Shown here piece by piece: positions 1 through 10,154 of a DNA stretch of 64,000 nt (position 1 is its first letter; each line of letters opens with the position of its first letter). The stretch comes from Anolis carolinensis (Eukaryota), in contig NC_085841.1 of NCBI RefSeq assembly GCF_035594765.1, positions 329,725,402 to 329,789,401 of the forward strand. Direction: 5' to 3'. The notes under the pieces are model-generated. The model was not told the DNA's origin. It searched no databases and saw only the letters and a list, made by a program, of their open reading frames with translations. Position numbers and translations under genes: made by a program.

Positions 1-1816
1 ACTATATTTTATAGGCATATATAATGTTAATGTCTATTTCCTACCAGAATGTCTGGAATAAAACAGTCCAGTAACAGAAGTACTTATCCTTTGTGTGGTT
101 TTTCATTAATTCATTTCTCATTTCTCTTAAGGACGCCAAATTAATATTTGTAGCCAAAAGAAGAAAGAATATAAAATATTTAATGCCAACATTTGAGCAA
201 TACTGTAAATTTTAGCATTATAAATAATGATGCTCCAGTATTGCCATGATTGTATTGACGAAGAAGTAAGTATCTCAGTATGACAATGCCAAGGGTCCAT
301 CTTTGGGCCACCCAAATTATTTAGGGCTCCTCAGCTCAAAATTTACATGAGTACATGGGTACAGACTAAGATCTACAATGACCTTTAATAATGAGCAAGG
401 TGGTATTAATTTAAGATGTTTAAACTCTTAGGCTCTCCATAACAGAATGCTTGTGCCCATTTTGTGACCTATGAAGATAACATGCTTCTGCAGAAGATGT
501 GAAGTTGTGATATTGTGTGTTGCAGCTCTGTAAATAGTGACTGTTAAATGCTCTGATGCAGGTAAGTATACAATTCCTGAATGCTGTTGAGACTGATTTA
601 ACAGCCTTACCAGCTAATAATAAACGGAACAAGGTTTTGAATGTGGTGCTGTTTTTATTTTATTGACTTTTTACTAATGGGTAAAGATTAGAACATACCT
701 GGAGAAGGACTATAACCAGTTGATAAAATCAATATGAAAATGGTAAGCGTACATCAGATTCCACTCTGGAATCTCCTACTAGGGTTGAGAAAGGCCTTTT
801 AGGAAGACATTGCCAATCCCAGTTCCAGGAGTTGGCAAAGTATGGCCTTAAGATATTTTGTAACTACATCTTCCAGCAGCCCAGGAATATCTGGAGAGAT
901 GCTTAGTATAGCACAAACCCTTGCTTTGTGCAGTTCTAAGTTAGATGGAGCACTGGTTGAACTGAGTATAAGCCAACATCCTATGTGTTCCTACATTCTT
1001 GATCTCTATTCCACCAGGGGATGTTTAAAAATGGCATCAATTATTTTGTAAGAAATCCGTGTTCACATACATGCATGTATCATACTCCGTGCCCACATAT
1101 GTGCATGCATAAAATTTCAACCCTGCCTGATTTTAAGTGTCTTATTTCATCACTAATCTAAACTAGGCTTCTAAGAATCAATTACATTTTACAGACTTGA
1201 CCTATCCAAGCCAATCTGTGTCAATGTCATGATTTACAAGAGACTAAAATCTAGTATTCGCAGTTTTTGTAACATACATTGTCACAAAGGAAAGAGTATA
1301 ATGAGTTATGTGTGCATAGTTTTGCTTTGCTTTTTAATTTTGTGGCTCCCAATTTAGTAAATTATCAAGGATTTTTTAATGAAAGCATTAAGCTATTTTT
1401 AAATAGCAGTAAGCTATTTTTCAATGCCTTCCTTTCACCAGCTGACCTTCATAATTACATGAGCTGATGATATTTGACGTCAGTATATTGTTTGAATAAT
1501 GTTTCTTTGTGGTGTTGGTAGTCTGTTTTGAGTAGCTGGATTAAAGAATAGTCATGATTGATTTACTAAGATTATTCCAGTCTAATAATAATAATTTTAT
1601 TTCTTACCCTCTTCTCCCCACGGCTTGAAGGGAGACAAAGTACTTAGGCAACTTAGGTGTCCATACAAGTCCAAAGACATTAGCTTTACACTGAACTTCA
1701 CTACAGACTGAAATCGGTGCTGTAAGATTTGGTTTGTGAGGCATTGTGTCCCCAGAGTTCCCGACAGGATGATTGAGGGATAGACTTGCTAAGTTTGTAT
1801 GCTTTGCCTGTTTTTC

Positions 1817-1822
1817 AATAAA
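1817..1822 (+). terminator. Candidate polyadenylation signal (AATAAA with downstream GT/T-rich tract), possibly the end of an upstream + strand gene (YLPM1 by human synteny)
   Basis: AATAAA at 1817-1822 is followed by ttgtgtgtttattatcttt, and 1-1800 is repeat-poor like a 3' UTR. No YLPM1 coding sequence was seen; the identity rests on synteny only. Confidence 0.3.
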
Positions 1823-2504
1823 ACTTTGTGCTCTTAACCACTTGTGTGTTTATTATCTTTGAATTGAAAAAGTGCCCATTACCCTTGGCAAGAGCTGTCC
1901 CCTGGCTATTGGAGGGGCTTGCTTGGCTTCCCTCTGATATCTTTCTACTGGTAGGCAAAGCCCCTTTTTACCCAGGAATTCAATTGTGAATTCCCTATTG
2001 CAGAAGGCCATTTAATTGGGATGTGCTTTATTTTTGCCATTATTTTTGTTTCATTGCCCTTTATTAAGGTTTAACTTACATTACAAGCTGCCTTGGCTCT
2101 ATGTGTTGTCAAAGGCTTTCATGGTCGGAATCATTTGGTTGCTGTTTGGCCGTGTTCCAGAAGCATTCTCTCCTGACATTGGTTCTCATACTGGCTAAAA
2201 AGTGGAATCATTCATTAATGGTCCTGCTTTTATAAGGAAGGAAACAGTAAATGCCATGCTACCCATTTGTTTGTAAGCCTTTCATGATTCTTTTGAATTA
2301 ATAGGTGAACAAGTTATTTCTGTTTTTGAGGGAAGTGATGGCAAAGGTCTTACATGTCATTATGAGCAGGCACACAAGTATGTTGGTAATAAGAGTGCAA
2401 GGCCCCAAATATGTACAATTTATATAGCACAGCTGCTGAATGGAGAAAAATGGTGGGAAATGGTTCATGCTAGGTTGTAGACTTTGTCAAAAGTATCTGT
2501 CTAA

Positions 2505-2706
2505 GACTCTGGGAGGACAGAGTGCAAGTCCCTGCTCAAACATGAAAACCCACTGGGTGACCTTGATTAAGTCACACTCTCTCAGCCTCAGAGGAAGCAA
2601 TGGCAACCCCCCCCCCCCCCCCGAACAAATCTTGCCAAGAAAACCCTGTGATAGGTCTGCCATAGGGTCACCATTACTCTGAAGTGTCTTGAGGGCATAC
2701 AACAAC
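2505..2706 (+). mobile_element. Old CORE/MIR-like squamate SINE remnant
   Basis: gggtgaccttg...aagtcacactctctcagcctcaga core and caacaac tail; related reverse copies at ~30525-30740 and ~62475-62825. Confidence 0.55.
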
Positions 2707-2878
2707 ATGATATTGCCTGGGAGTTGGCATTTCTAATGATTTGGGGAAATGTATGTCGACATATTTCTTATGATAAACAATCACTTGTCAAAAATCACCA
2801 CTGGCCGTTTGTAATACAGAAAGTTAATTAGGCATTGTGTGAAAAAGTGTTTGCTGTATAAGAAGATAATGAAGAATT

Positions 2879-3350
2879 GGGTTGCTGTGAGTTTTCTGGG
2901 CAGTATGGCCATGTTCTAGAAGCATTCTCTCCTGACGTTTCGCCCACAACTATGACAAGCATCACAGAGGTGAGGCATATTGGAAATTAGTCAATGGGGT
3001 TTATATATCTGGAATGTTCAGGTTGGGGAGGGGAGAACTCTTGTCTGTTGGAGGCAAGTGTGAATGTTGTAATTAATCACCTTGATTAACATTGAAAAGC
3101 CTTGCAGCTTCAAGGGGTGGCTGCTTCCTGCCTAGGAAAATCATTTGTTGGGAGGTGTTAGCTGGCCCCGATTTTTCCTGTCTGGAATTCCGTTTTCTGA
3201 GTGTTGCTCTTTATTTACTGTCCTAATTTTAGAGTTTTTTTTAAATACTGGTAGCCAGATTTTGTTCATTTTAATGGTTTCCTTTCTGTTGAAATTGTCC
3301 ACATTCTTGTGGATTTCAATGGCTTCTCTGTTTAGTCTGGCATGGTGGGT
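2879..3350 (-). mobile_element. Penelope-like retroelement 3' fragment (GIY-YIG endonuclease C-terminus plus terminal repeat)
   Basis: Minus ORF 3141-3383 reads HHARLNREAIEIHK..NFNRKE..MNKIWLPV, the typical Penelope GIY-YIG tail. The terminal motif ggttgctgtgagttttc..ggccatgttc.agaagcattctctcctgacgtttcg recurs across the window. Confidence 0.75.
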
Positions 3351-3418
3351 GTTAGGAGTTGTCCAGCATTTCTGTGTTCTCACCTCCCAACAAAGGATTC
3401 TCTCAGGAAATGAATATA

Positions 3419-4155
3419 CAGTAGAGTCTCACTTATCCAACATTCACTTATCCAGTGTTCTGGAGCCTCCGGTGGCCAAGGGGATAAAAGCCTTGTGACT
3501 TGAAGGTTGGGTTGCTGACCTGAAGGCTGCCAGGTTCGAATCCCACCCGGGGAGAGTGTGGATGAGCTCCCTCTATCAGCTCCAGCTCCATGTGGGGACA
3601 TGAGAGAAGCCTCCCACAAGGATGGTAAAAACATCCGGGCGTCCCCTGGGCAACGTCCTTGCAGACGGCCAATTCTCTCACTCCAGAAGCAACTCAGGTT
3701 GCTTCTGACACGGAAAAAAAAATCCAGTGTTCTGGGTTATCCAGCACAGTTTGCCTCCTGCCCTGATCCACAGCTGTTTCTCTAGGCAGCAAAGATTGGA
3801 CTTTTAATGAATTTAATTTCCAACAATGTTGTTACTGTAAGTTCATTTTACGCAATTCTATCTTTATTTGTAGTCAATTTTTTAGTAGCCAATGTTTTTT
3901 TAATCAATGTTTTCAATACATTGTGATGTTTTGGTGCTAAATTCATAAATGCAGTAATTATTACATAATGTTATCTTGTATTGAACTGCTTTTTCTGTCA
4001 ATTTTTTGTAAAACATGTTTTTGGTGCTTAATTTGAAAAATCGTAACGTAATTTGACATTTAATAGGCTTTTCCTTAGTCCCTCCTTATTATCCAACATT
4101 TCACTTATCCAACATTCTACCGGCCCATTTATGTTGGATACATGAGACTCTACTG
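3419..4155. mobile_element. Tc1/mariner-type non-autonomous DNA transposon (MITE), interrupted by a SINE
   Basis: TIRs CAGTAGAGTCTCA...TGAGACTCTACTG with TA on both sides; sister copies at 13850-14176 and 14547-14858. Confidence 0.8.
3464..3721 (+). mobile_element. tRNA-derived SINE (Anolis SINE2-like) with 14-bp target-site duplication
   Basis: B-box GGTTCGAATCCC, 3' end gacacgg + A-tail, TSD ATCCAGTGTTCTGG at 3450-3463 and 3722-3735; related copies at ~57547-57722 (-) and ~58489-58750 (+). Confidence 0.8.
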
Positions 4156-4364
4156 TATTTTGCTCCCTTTTTATAAATATGCAGTGCTTCCACTATCTGT
4201 GGATCAGAGAAATGCAAGGGTAAATTGTTGTTGTTTATTAGCTACCCACGTCTCCTCGGGGCTCAAGGTGAGCTCCCCACCCTCTACCCAACTGGGTAAA
4301 CTGCATTATTTGGCAGTGTAGACATAGATCCAACCCTGGAGGCAGGGCGAGGAAAGCTTTTCCT

Positions 4365-4560
4365 TCTCCCTGCCGCTAGGGGGCGCTGCTCCGCTCCTCT
4401 TCCCCCGCCCAGGAGGAGCGCGCAGCCGTGAAGAAAAGGCGGCAGCGGGGCGGGGTTTCGCGGGTGATATGCAAATGAGGTGCCACGGATAGGCATTATG
4501 GGAGAGCGCAAACCGGGGCGTCTCAGGGTTCAGGGATGGCAGAAAAGGGGAGTCTAGTCC
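4365..4560 (+). promoter_or_regulatory. Extra upstream copy of the U1 enhancer module (CTCF motif + GC box + octamer + SPH/Staf)
   Basis: CCGCTAGGGGGCGC 4373-4386, GGGGCGGGG ~4447-4455, ATGCAAAT 4469-4476, and aggcattatgggag (reverse CTCCCATAATGCCT, Staf/ZNF143-like); paralogous to 4660-4840. Confidence 0.7.
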
Positions 4561-4659
4561 CGCGGCTTAGGAGGTCTTGTAGTTTCCTTCCAGAAAAACA
4601 GAAAGGAGGCAATTGAGGGCGAGGGAAAGGCGATGGGCTCCGTGCGTAAACCTGTCTCC

Positions 4660-4956
4660 CTCTCTCTCTGCCGCCAGGGGGCGCTCCCTCCGCTTCTTTT
4701 TGTCTCCCTTTCCGAAGCTCAGCTCGGGAAGGGCGGGTGGGATGCAAATGAGGCCCCGCTGCAGGGCAGTGTGGGAGAGCGCAAACCCGGGCGTTTCGGG
4801 GTTTAGGAGCCGGATGAAGGGGGTCTTGCCCCACAGATTGGGGTTTACTTCGAGAAGGAAAGAAATGAGGTGTTGAAGGCAGGGACGAGACGATGCCCGC
4901 CGTACGTTAGAGTGTATGCGGCACGGGTGGGGTAGGCGGCAGGCGAGGCAGAAAGC
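4660..4956 (+). promoter_or_regulatory. Pol II snRNA promoter of U1 copy 1 (DSE + PSE)
   Basis: CTCF-like CCGCCAGGGGGCGC 4671-4684; GC box; octamer ATGCAAAT 4742-4749 (-215); SPH-like gcagggcagtgtgggag; PSE-like CCCGCCGTACGTTAGAGTG 4896-4914 (-61 to -43). Confidence 0.85.
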
Positions 4957-5120
4957 ATACTTACCTGGCAGGGGAGACACCTTGATCNNNNNNNNNNNNN
5001 NNNNNNNNNNNNNNNNNNNNNNNNNNNNNNNNNNNNNNNNNNNNNNNNNNNNNNNNNNNNNNNNNNNNNNNNNNNNNNNNNNNNNNNNNNNNNNNNNNNN
5101 NNNNNNNNNNNNNNNNNNNN
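4957..5120 (+). ncRNA. RNU1: U1 spliceosomal snRNA gene, copy 1 (most of the body masked by Ns 4988-5137)
   Basis: ATACTTACCTGGCAGGGGAGACACCTTGATC at 4957-4987 is the U1 5' end. A full snRNA promoter lies upstream, and a 3'-box tail (..AATAGA) at +182 fits a ~164-nt RNA. The end coordinate is inferred from canonical length. Confidence 0.92.
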
Positions 5121-5772
5121 NNNNNNNNNNNNNNNNNAATAGATTTGAGCGGCTCCTCGAGACTATTTGATTATTTTTTTGTCAGCTGTGAAGAGCAGAA
5201 CAAACAATTCTGCGTATGTATGCTTGCCCACAATGTCCTACCTCATGTACAGAGGAGGAGTTGCTTAAAGCTACGGACAATGTAGTTGCTGTTGCCTGCT
5301 TTTGGTCTGACATTATTTAGTTGTTTTGTGATTTCCTCTATTTTTTTCATCATTTTTAAAATGTATTTGTTATGCAATGCTTTTGACACGAAATAGATAA
5401 AAGCTTGATGTATTGGTTTTGTTGTCCTTTGGTGCTCCTTTTCTCCAATTTGTTGGATCCTGTAGAGGATTGACACTCTAAACGCTTTCACGCTGGCCCT
5501 TTACTATCTCTACTCACTGTTCTCTCCTTTTCTACAGAGTCCTTCTTGCTCCTCATAAGTATATAAATCAGTCATATTAGCACCTCAGGCCTCTGTGGCT
5601 TAATTCAGTGGTTCTCAACCTTCCTAATGCCCCCAACCCCTTAATATGCTTCCTCATGTTGTGGTGACCCCCAACCATAACATTAGAATCATAGAATCAT
5701 AGAATAGTAGAGTTGGAAGAGACCACATGGGCCATCTAGTCCAACCCCCTGCTAAGAAGCAGGAAATCGCAT

Positions 5773-8703
5773 TCAAAGCACCCCCGACAGATGGCCATCC
5801 AGCCTCTGCTTAAAAGCCTCCAAGGAAGGAGCCTCCACCACGGCCCCGGGGAGAGAGTTCCACTGTCGAACAGCTCTCACAGTGAGGAAGTTCTTCCTGA
5901 TGTTCAGGTGGAACCTCCTTTCCTGTAGTTTGAAGCCATTGTTCCGTGTCCTAGTCTGCAGGGCAGCAGAAAACAAGCTTGCTCCCTCTTCCCTATGACT
6001 TCCCTTCACATATTTGTACATGGCTATCATGTCTCCTCTCAGCCTTCTCTTCTGCAGGCTAAACATGCCCAGCTCTTTAAGCCGCTCCTCATAGGGCTTG
6101 TTCTCCAGACCCTTAATCATTTTAGTCGCCCTCCTCTGGACGCTTTCCAGCTTGTCAACATCTCCCTTCAACTGTGGTGCCCAAAATTGGACACAGTATT
6201 CCAGGTGTGGTCTGACCAAGGCAGAATAGAGGGGGAGCATAACTTCCCTGGATCTAGACGCTATTCCCCTATTGATGCAGGCCAGAATCCCATTGGCTTT
6301 TTTAGCAGCCGCATCACATTGTTGGCTCATGTTTAACTTGTTGTCCACGAGGACTCCAAGGTCTTTTTCGCACACACTGCTGTCAAGCCAGGCGTCCCCC
6401 ATTCTGTATCTTTGATTTCCATTTTTTCTGCCGAAGTGAAGTATCTTGCATTTGTCCCTGTTGAACTTCATTTTGTTAGTTTCGGCCCATCTCTCTAGTC
6501 TGTCAAGATCGTTTTGAATTCTGCTCCTGTCTTCTGGAGTGTTAGCTATCCCTCCCAGTTTTGTGTCGTCTGCAAACTTGATGATCGTGCCTTCTAACCC
6601 TTCGTCTAAGTCGTTAATAAAGATGTTGAACAGAACCGGGCCCAGGACGGAGCCCTGCGGCACTCCACTTGACACTTCTTTCCATGATGAAGACGACGCA
6701 TTGGTGAGCACCCTTTGGGTTCGTTCGCTTAGCCAATTACAGATCCACCTAACCGTAGTTTTGTCTAGCCCACATTTTACTAGTTTGTTTGCCAGAAGGT
6801 CGTGGGGGACTTTGTCGAAGGCCTTACTGAAATCCAGGTACGCTACATCCACAGCATTCCCTGTATCGACCCAACTCGTAACTCTATCGAAAAAAGAGAT
6901 CAGATTAGTCTGGCATGACTTGTTTTTGGTAAATCCGTGTTGACTATTAGCAATGACCGCATTTGTTTCTAAGTGTTCGCAGACCACTTCCTTAATGATC
7001 TTTTCCAGAATTTTGCCTGGTATTGATGTGAGGCTGACCGGACGGTAATTGTTTGGGTCGTTCTTTTTTCCCTTCTTGAAGATAGGGACCACATTCGCCC
7101 TCCTCCAATCTGCTGGGACTTCTCCCGTTCTCCAAGAACTCTCGAAGATAATTGCCAGTGGTTCTGAAATAACTTCCGCTAGTTCCTTCAGTACTCTTGG
7201 GTGTAGCTGATCTGGCCCTGGGGACTTGAATTCGTTTAGAGAGGCCAAGTGTTCCTGGACAACTTGTTTCCCTATTTGGGGTTGGATTTCCCCCAATCCT
7301 TCGTCCATTCCGTGTTGCTGAGGTTGAAGATGGCTTTCTTTTTCTGAGAAGACCGAGGCAAAGAAGACATTAAGTAGTTCTGCCTTTTCCCTGTCCCCTG
7401 TCGCCATCACCCCATCTTCTCCTTGCAATGGCCCTATCGCCTCCTTTTTCTTCCTTTTTCTACCAACGTAAGCAAAAAAGCCTTTTTTGTTGTTTTTTAT
7501 GTCCCTGGCAAGCCTGAGCTCATTTTGCGCTTTAGCCTTGCGAACCTTTTCCCTACAGGTGTTGGCTATACGTTTGAATTCTTCTTTGGTGATTTCTCCC
7601 CTTTTCCACTTCTTGTGCATGTCACTTTTGAGCTTTAGCTCAGTTAGAAGTTCTTTGGACATCCATTCTGGCTTCTTTGCACTTGTCTTATTTTTCTTCT
7701 TTGTTGGCACTGTTTGTATTTGCGCCTTGAGTATTTCACTTTTGAAAAACTCCCATCCATCCTTAACTCCCTTGTTTTTTAATATCAGCGTCCATGGAAT
7801 GCCGCTCAGTAATTCCTTCATTTTTTGGAAGTCAGCTCTCTTAAAGTCCAGAATGCGTGTTTGACTTGTCTTAGTTTCAGCATTCCTTTGTATTGCAAAC
7901 TGCAGGAGCACATGGTCACTTGCCCCTAAGGATCCAACCACTTCAACTGTATTGATCAGGTCTTCCACATTTGTTAAGATTAGATCAAGAGTTGCTGATC
8001 CCCTTGTTGCCTCTTCTACCTTCTGGACCATAAAATTATCTGCAAGGCAAGTGAGGAATTTGTTGGACTTTGTACTCTTGGCTGAGTTTGTTTTCCAGCA
8101 GATATCGGGATAATTGAAATCGCCCATGACTACTATATCTCTTCTTTGTGCCTGTTTGGTCAGCTGTTGACAGAAGGCTTCATCAAGTCCTTCATCCTGA
8201 CTCGGAGGTCTGTAGTAGACACCCACGACAAGATCTTTTTGAGTCCCGGTTCCCTTGATTCTTATCCAGATGCTTTCAAGCTGGTTTCCCGGATTACAGT
8301 CTTGCATTTCTTCTGCAACGTAACTGTTTTTGACATATAAAGCTACTCCCCCTCCTCTCCCCTTTGTTCTATTTCTGTGAAAGAGGTTATAGCCCTCAAT
8401 GGTTAAATTCCAGTGATGGGAGTCATCCCACCAGGTTTCAGTGATGCCTATGACATCGTATGTGTGGTGCTGTGCTAGGAGTTGGAGTTCGTCTTGCTTA
8501 TTTCCCATGCTCTGAGCATTAGTGTAAAGACATGTAAGCCCCTGTGACCTCCCCTTGAACTGTTTATTTGGGATTATTGTGCTCTCTGTACTTGGTCCTT
8601 GCTGTGTTTGTGCAGCCCTCCGTTTAGCCTTTCGGCGGTTCTTTGTGGTCGTGGGTAATATAGTGTTCGCCAGGCTGTTGTTCCCCTCCCCCAGTGGATC
8701 TAG
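5773..8703 (-). CDS. CR1 ORF2: apurinic endonuclease + reverse transcriptase (frame open upstream of the first ATG at 8508, up to the ORF1 stop)
   Basis: Motifs: [27 protein letters not shown] (APE); [15 protein letters not shown] (RT). No stops in 911 aa plus 64 further in-frame upstream codons. Confidence 0.95.
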   Translation of the reverse strand, partial: LDPLGEGNNSLANTILPTTTKNRRKAKRRAAQTQQGPSTESTIIPNKQFKGRSQGLTCLYTNAQSMGNKQDELQLLAQHHTYDVIGITETWWDDSHHWNLTIEGYNLFHRNRTKGRGGGVALYVKNSYVAEEMQDCNPGNQLESIWIRIKGTGTQKDLVVGVYYRPPSQDEGLDEAFCQQLTKQAQRRDIVVMGDFNYPDICWKTNSAKSTKSNKFLTCLADNFMVQKVEEATRGSATLDLILTNVEDLINTVEVVGSLGASDHVLLQFAIQRNAETKTSQTRILDFKRADFQKMKELLSGIPWTLILKNKGVKDGWEFFKSEILKAQIQTVPTKKKNKTSAKKPEWMSKELLTELKLKSDMHKKWKRGEITKEEFKRIANTCREKVRKAKAQNELRLARDIKNNKKGFFAYVGRKRKKKEAIGPLQGEDGVMATGDREKAELLNVFFASVFSEKESHLQPQQHGMDEGLGEIQPQIGKQVVQEHLASLNEFKSPGPDQLHPRVLKELAEVISEPLAIIFESSWRTGEVPADWRRANVVPIFKKGKKNDPNNYRPVSLTSIPGKILEKIIKEVVCEHLETNAVIANSQHGFTKNKSCQTNLISFFDRVTSWVDTGNAVDVAYLDFSKAFDKVPHDLLANKLVKCGLDKTTVRWICNWLSERTQRVLTNASSSSWKEVSSGVPQGSVLGPVLFNIFINDLDEGLEGTIIKFADDTKLGGIANTPEDRSRIQNDLDRLERWAETNKMKFNRDKCKILHFGRKNGNQRYRMGDAWLDSSVCEKDLGVLVDNKLNMSQQCDAAAKKANGILACINRGIASRSREVMLPLYSALVRPHLEYCVQFWAPQLKGDVDKLESVQRRATKMIKGLENKPYEERLKELGMFSLQKRRLRGDMIAMYKYVKGSHREEGASLFSAALQTRTRNNGFKLQERRFHLNIRKNFLTVRAVRQWNSLPGAVVEAPSLEAFKQRLDGHLSGVL

Positions 8704-9971
8704 TTTAAAGTGCGCCTGATGAGGTTTGTGAGTCTGTGTGCAAAAAGATGTTTTCCTACTTGTGTGAGATGCACCCCATCGCTTGCCAGTAGTCCATCCT
8801 CTTGGAAGAGTAGACCATGGTCAAGGAAGCCAAAATGCTCCTCTTGACACCATTTTCTGAGCCAGTTATTGACCTGTACTATTTTTTCGGCCCTTGTAGA
8901 GCCGTGTCCTACAACAGGGAGGAGGGATGAAAAGATCACATGTACATTATACAGTTTTAGCTTTGTTCCCAGAGCTCGAAAATCATTTGTGATCTTTTGA
9001 AAAGTATGCCTAGCGGTGTCATTGGTACCTACATGAATCAACATAAGGTGGGGAGGGTGATGGGGCTTTAGGAGCCTGCTGAGCCTCTGAGTGATATGGT
9101 GTATTTTTGCCCCCGGGAGGCAGCATGTTTCTCGAGCCATCCCATCCGGTCTGGAAATGATGGCTTCCGTTCCTCTAAGGAGGGAGTCACCTACTACCAA
9201 GACCTGTTTCCTTTGAGGATTGACAGGCTCCCTTTTGTGCAAGACAGTGTTTATGTCCCCTGAAGAGTGTTCCTGTTGAAGTGAATCATGTAGGTGTAAA
9301 GTGTTGTCCTCCTCCTCAACATCCCCAGTGCATTCATCAATGACAATCCATTGAGATACATCCGAGAGCCCATTACTCTCCCAAGGATGTTCCTGTTGCT
9401 CCTGGTCTATGATTGGGGATGGAGCATTTGCATGATTACATAAGTGTGACTGTGGTGATGCACTCTCCCCGTCAGGGGTATCCCCTGCGCATTGATCCAG
9501 GGTGGTCCACTGAGTGGTATCTAAGAAACTGTGGTCCTCCACAAGATGTGTTTCCTGATTGTATGTTAATGATGTAAGAATTTCAAATCTGTTGTGTAAA
9601 TGCAGCTGAGCAGAGGAGTTCTGCGGAGGCTGCCTGGTCCTGCGTCTCCTTCTATGGGTGACCTCCTTCCAAGCCTGAGGGTTGTCTACCTTTGAGTTGA
9701 TCTCCCCATAAGGTTCCTGATCATGGTCTTGGTGGTGTTGGTGTGATGCAGGCTGCTGATCTACAGCAACGTGTTGTGCAGTGTCCAAGAAGAGCTCGAG
9801 TGCCTGAATGTCCTTAAGGGTCTTAATACGGTGCTCGAGCTGTTGGATCCTCTGCTCCATCAGAGTCATCTGTTTGCATTTGGAGCAGATGTAGTTGTCT
9901 AGTTTTTGTGTGAAAAAGCGGAACATGCCACAGCTGGTGCATGTGATGGGAATGTTTTGCTTTTGTTGCAT
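8700..9971 (-). CDS. CR1 ORF1p: zinc-finger/coiled-coil + SGNH esterase domain, 423 aa
   Basis: CTSC..CSKC zinc knuckle, a heptad-like segment ([15 protein letters not shown]), and VVGDSLLRG / HVGTND / DGVHL SGNH motifs. Confidence 0.93.
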   Translation of the reverse strand: MQQKQNIPITCTSCGMFRFFTQKLDNYICSKCKQMTLMEQRIQQLEHRIKTLKDIQALELFLDTAQHVAVDQQPASHQHHQDHDQEPYGEINSKVDNPQAWKEVTHRRRRRTRQPPQNSSAQLHLHNRFEILTSLTYNQETHLVEDHSFLDTTQWTTLDQCAGDTPDGESASPQSHLCNHANAPSPIIDQEQQEHPWESNGLSDVSQWIVIDECTGDVEEEDNTLHLHDSLQQEHSSGDINTVLHKREPVNPQRKQVLVVGDSLLRGTEAIISRPDGMARETCCLPGAKIHHITQRLSRLLKPHHPPHLMLIHVGTNDTARHTFQKITNDFRALGTKLKLYNVHVIFSSLLPVVGHGSTRAEKIVQVNNWLRKWCQEEHFGFLDHGLLFQEDGLLASDGVHLTQVGKHLFAHRLTNLIRRTLN

Positions 9972-10154
9972 CTCTTGGTGAGCGTGGTGGCCAAGTGGGA
10001 TCTTTGTACAGTTAAGTAATATGCACGCACTTTATGCGCAAACTGCAACAAACCACCTCTTTGTGTATTTGTTTATGTTGCTTTGTTTCCTGTATGTACT
10101 GCAAAGGATAGTTAGTAAAGGTGCCTTTTTCGTGCGCGCCGTCAGGCGCGCGCG

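Noticed and set aside
3464-3560. tRNA gene suggested by the B-box
   Set aside because: It is a SINE head with a TSD and A-tail; no cloverleaf.
4523-5170. ORFs over the GC-rich U1 promoters and N runs (also 15390-16045)
   Set aside because: By-products of high GC and masked bases; the sequence is explained by the snRNA promoter and gene.
5995-8340. Plus-strand ORFs within CR1 ORF2
   Set aside because: Antisense shadows of the RT frame, with no recognisable domains.
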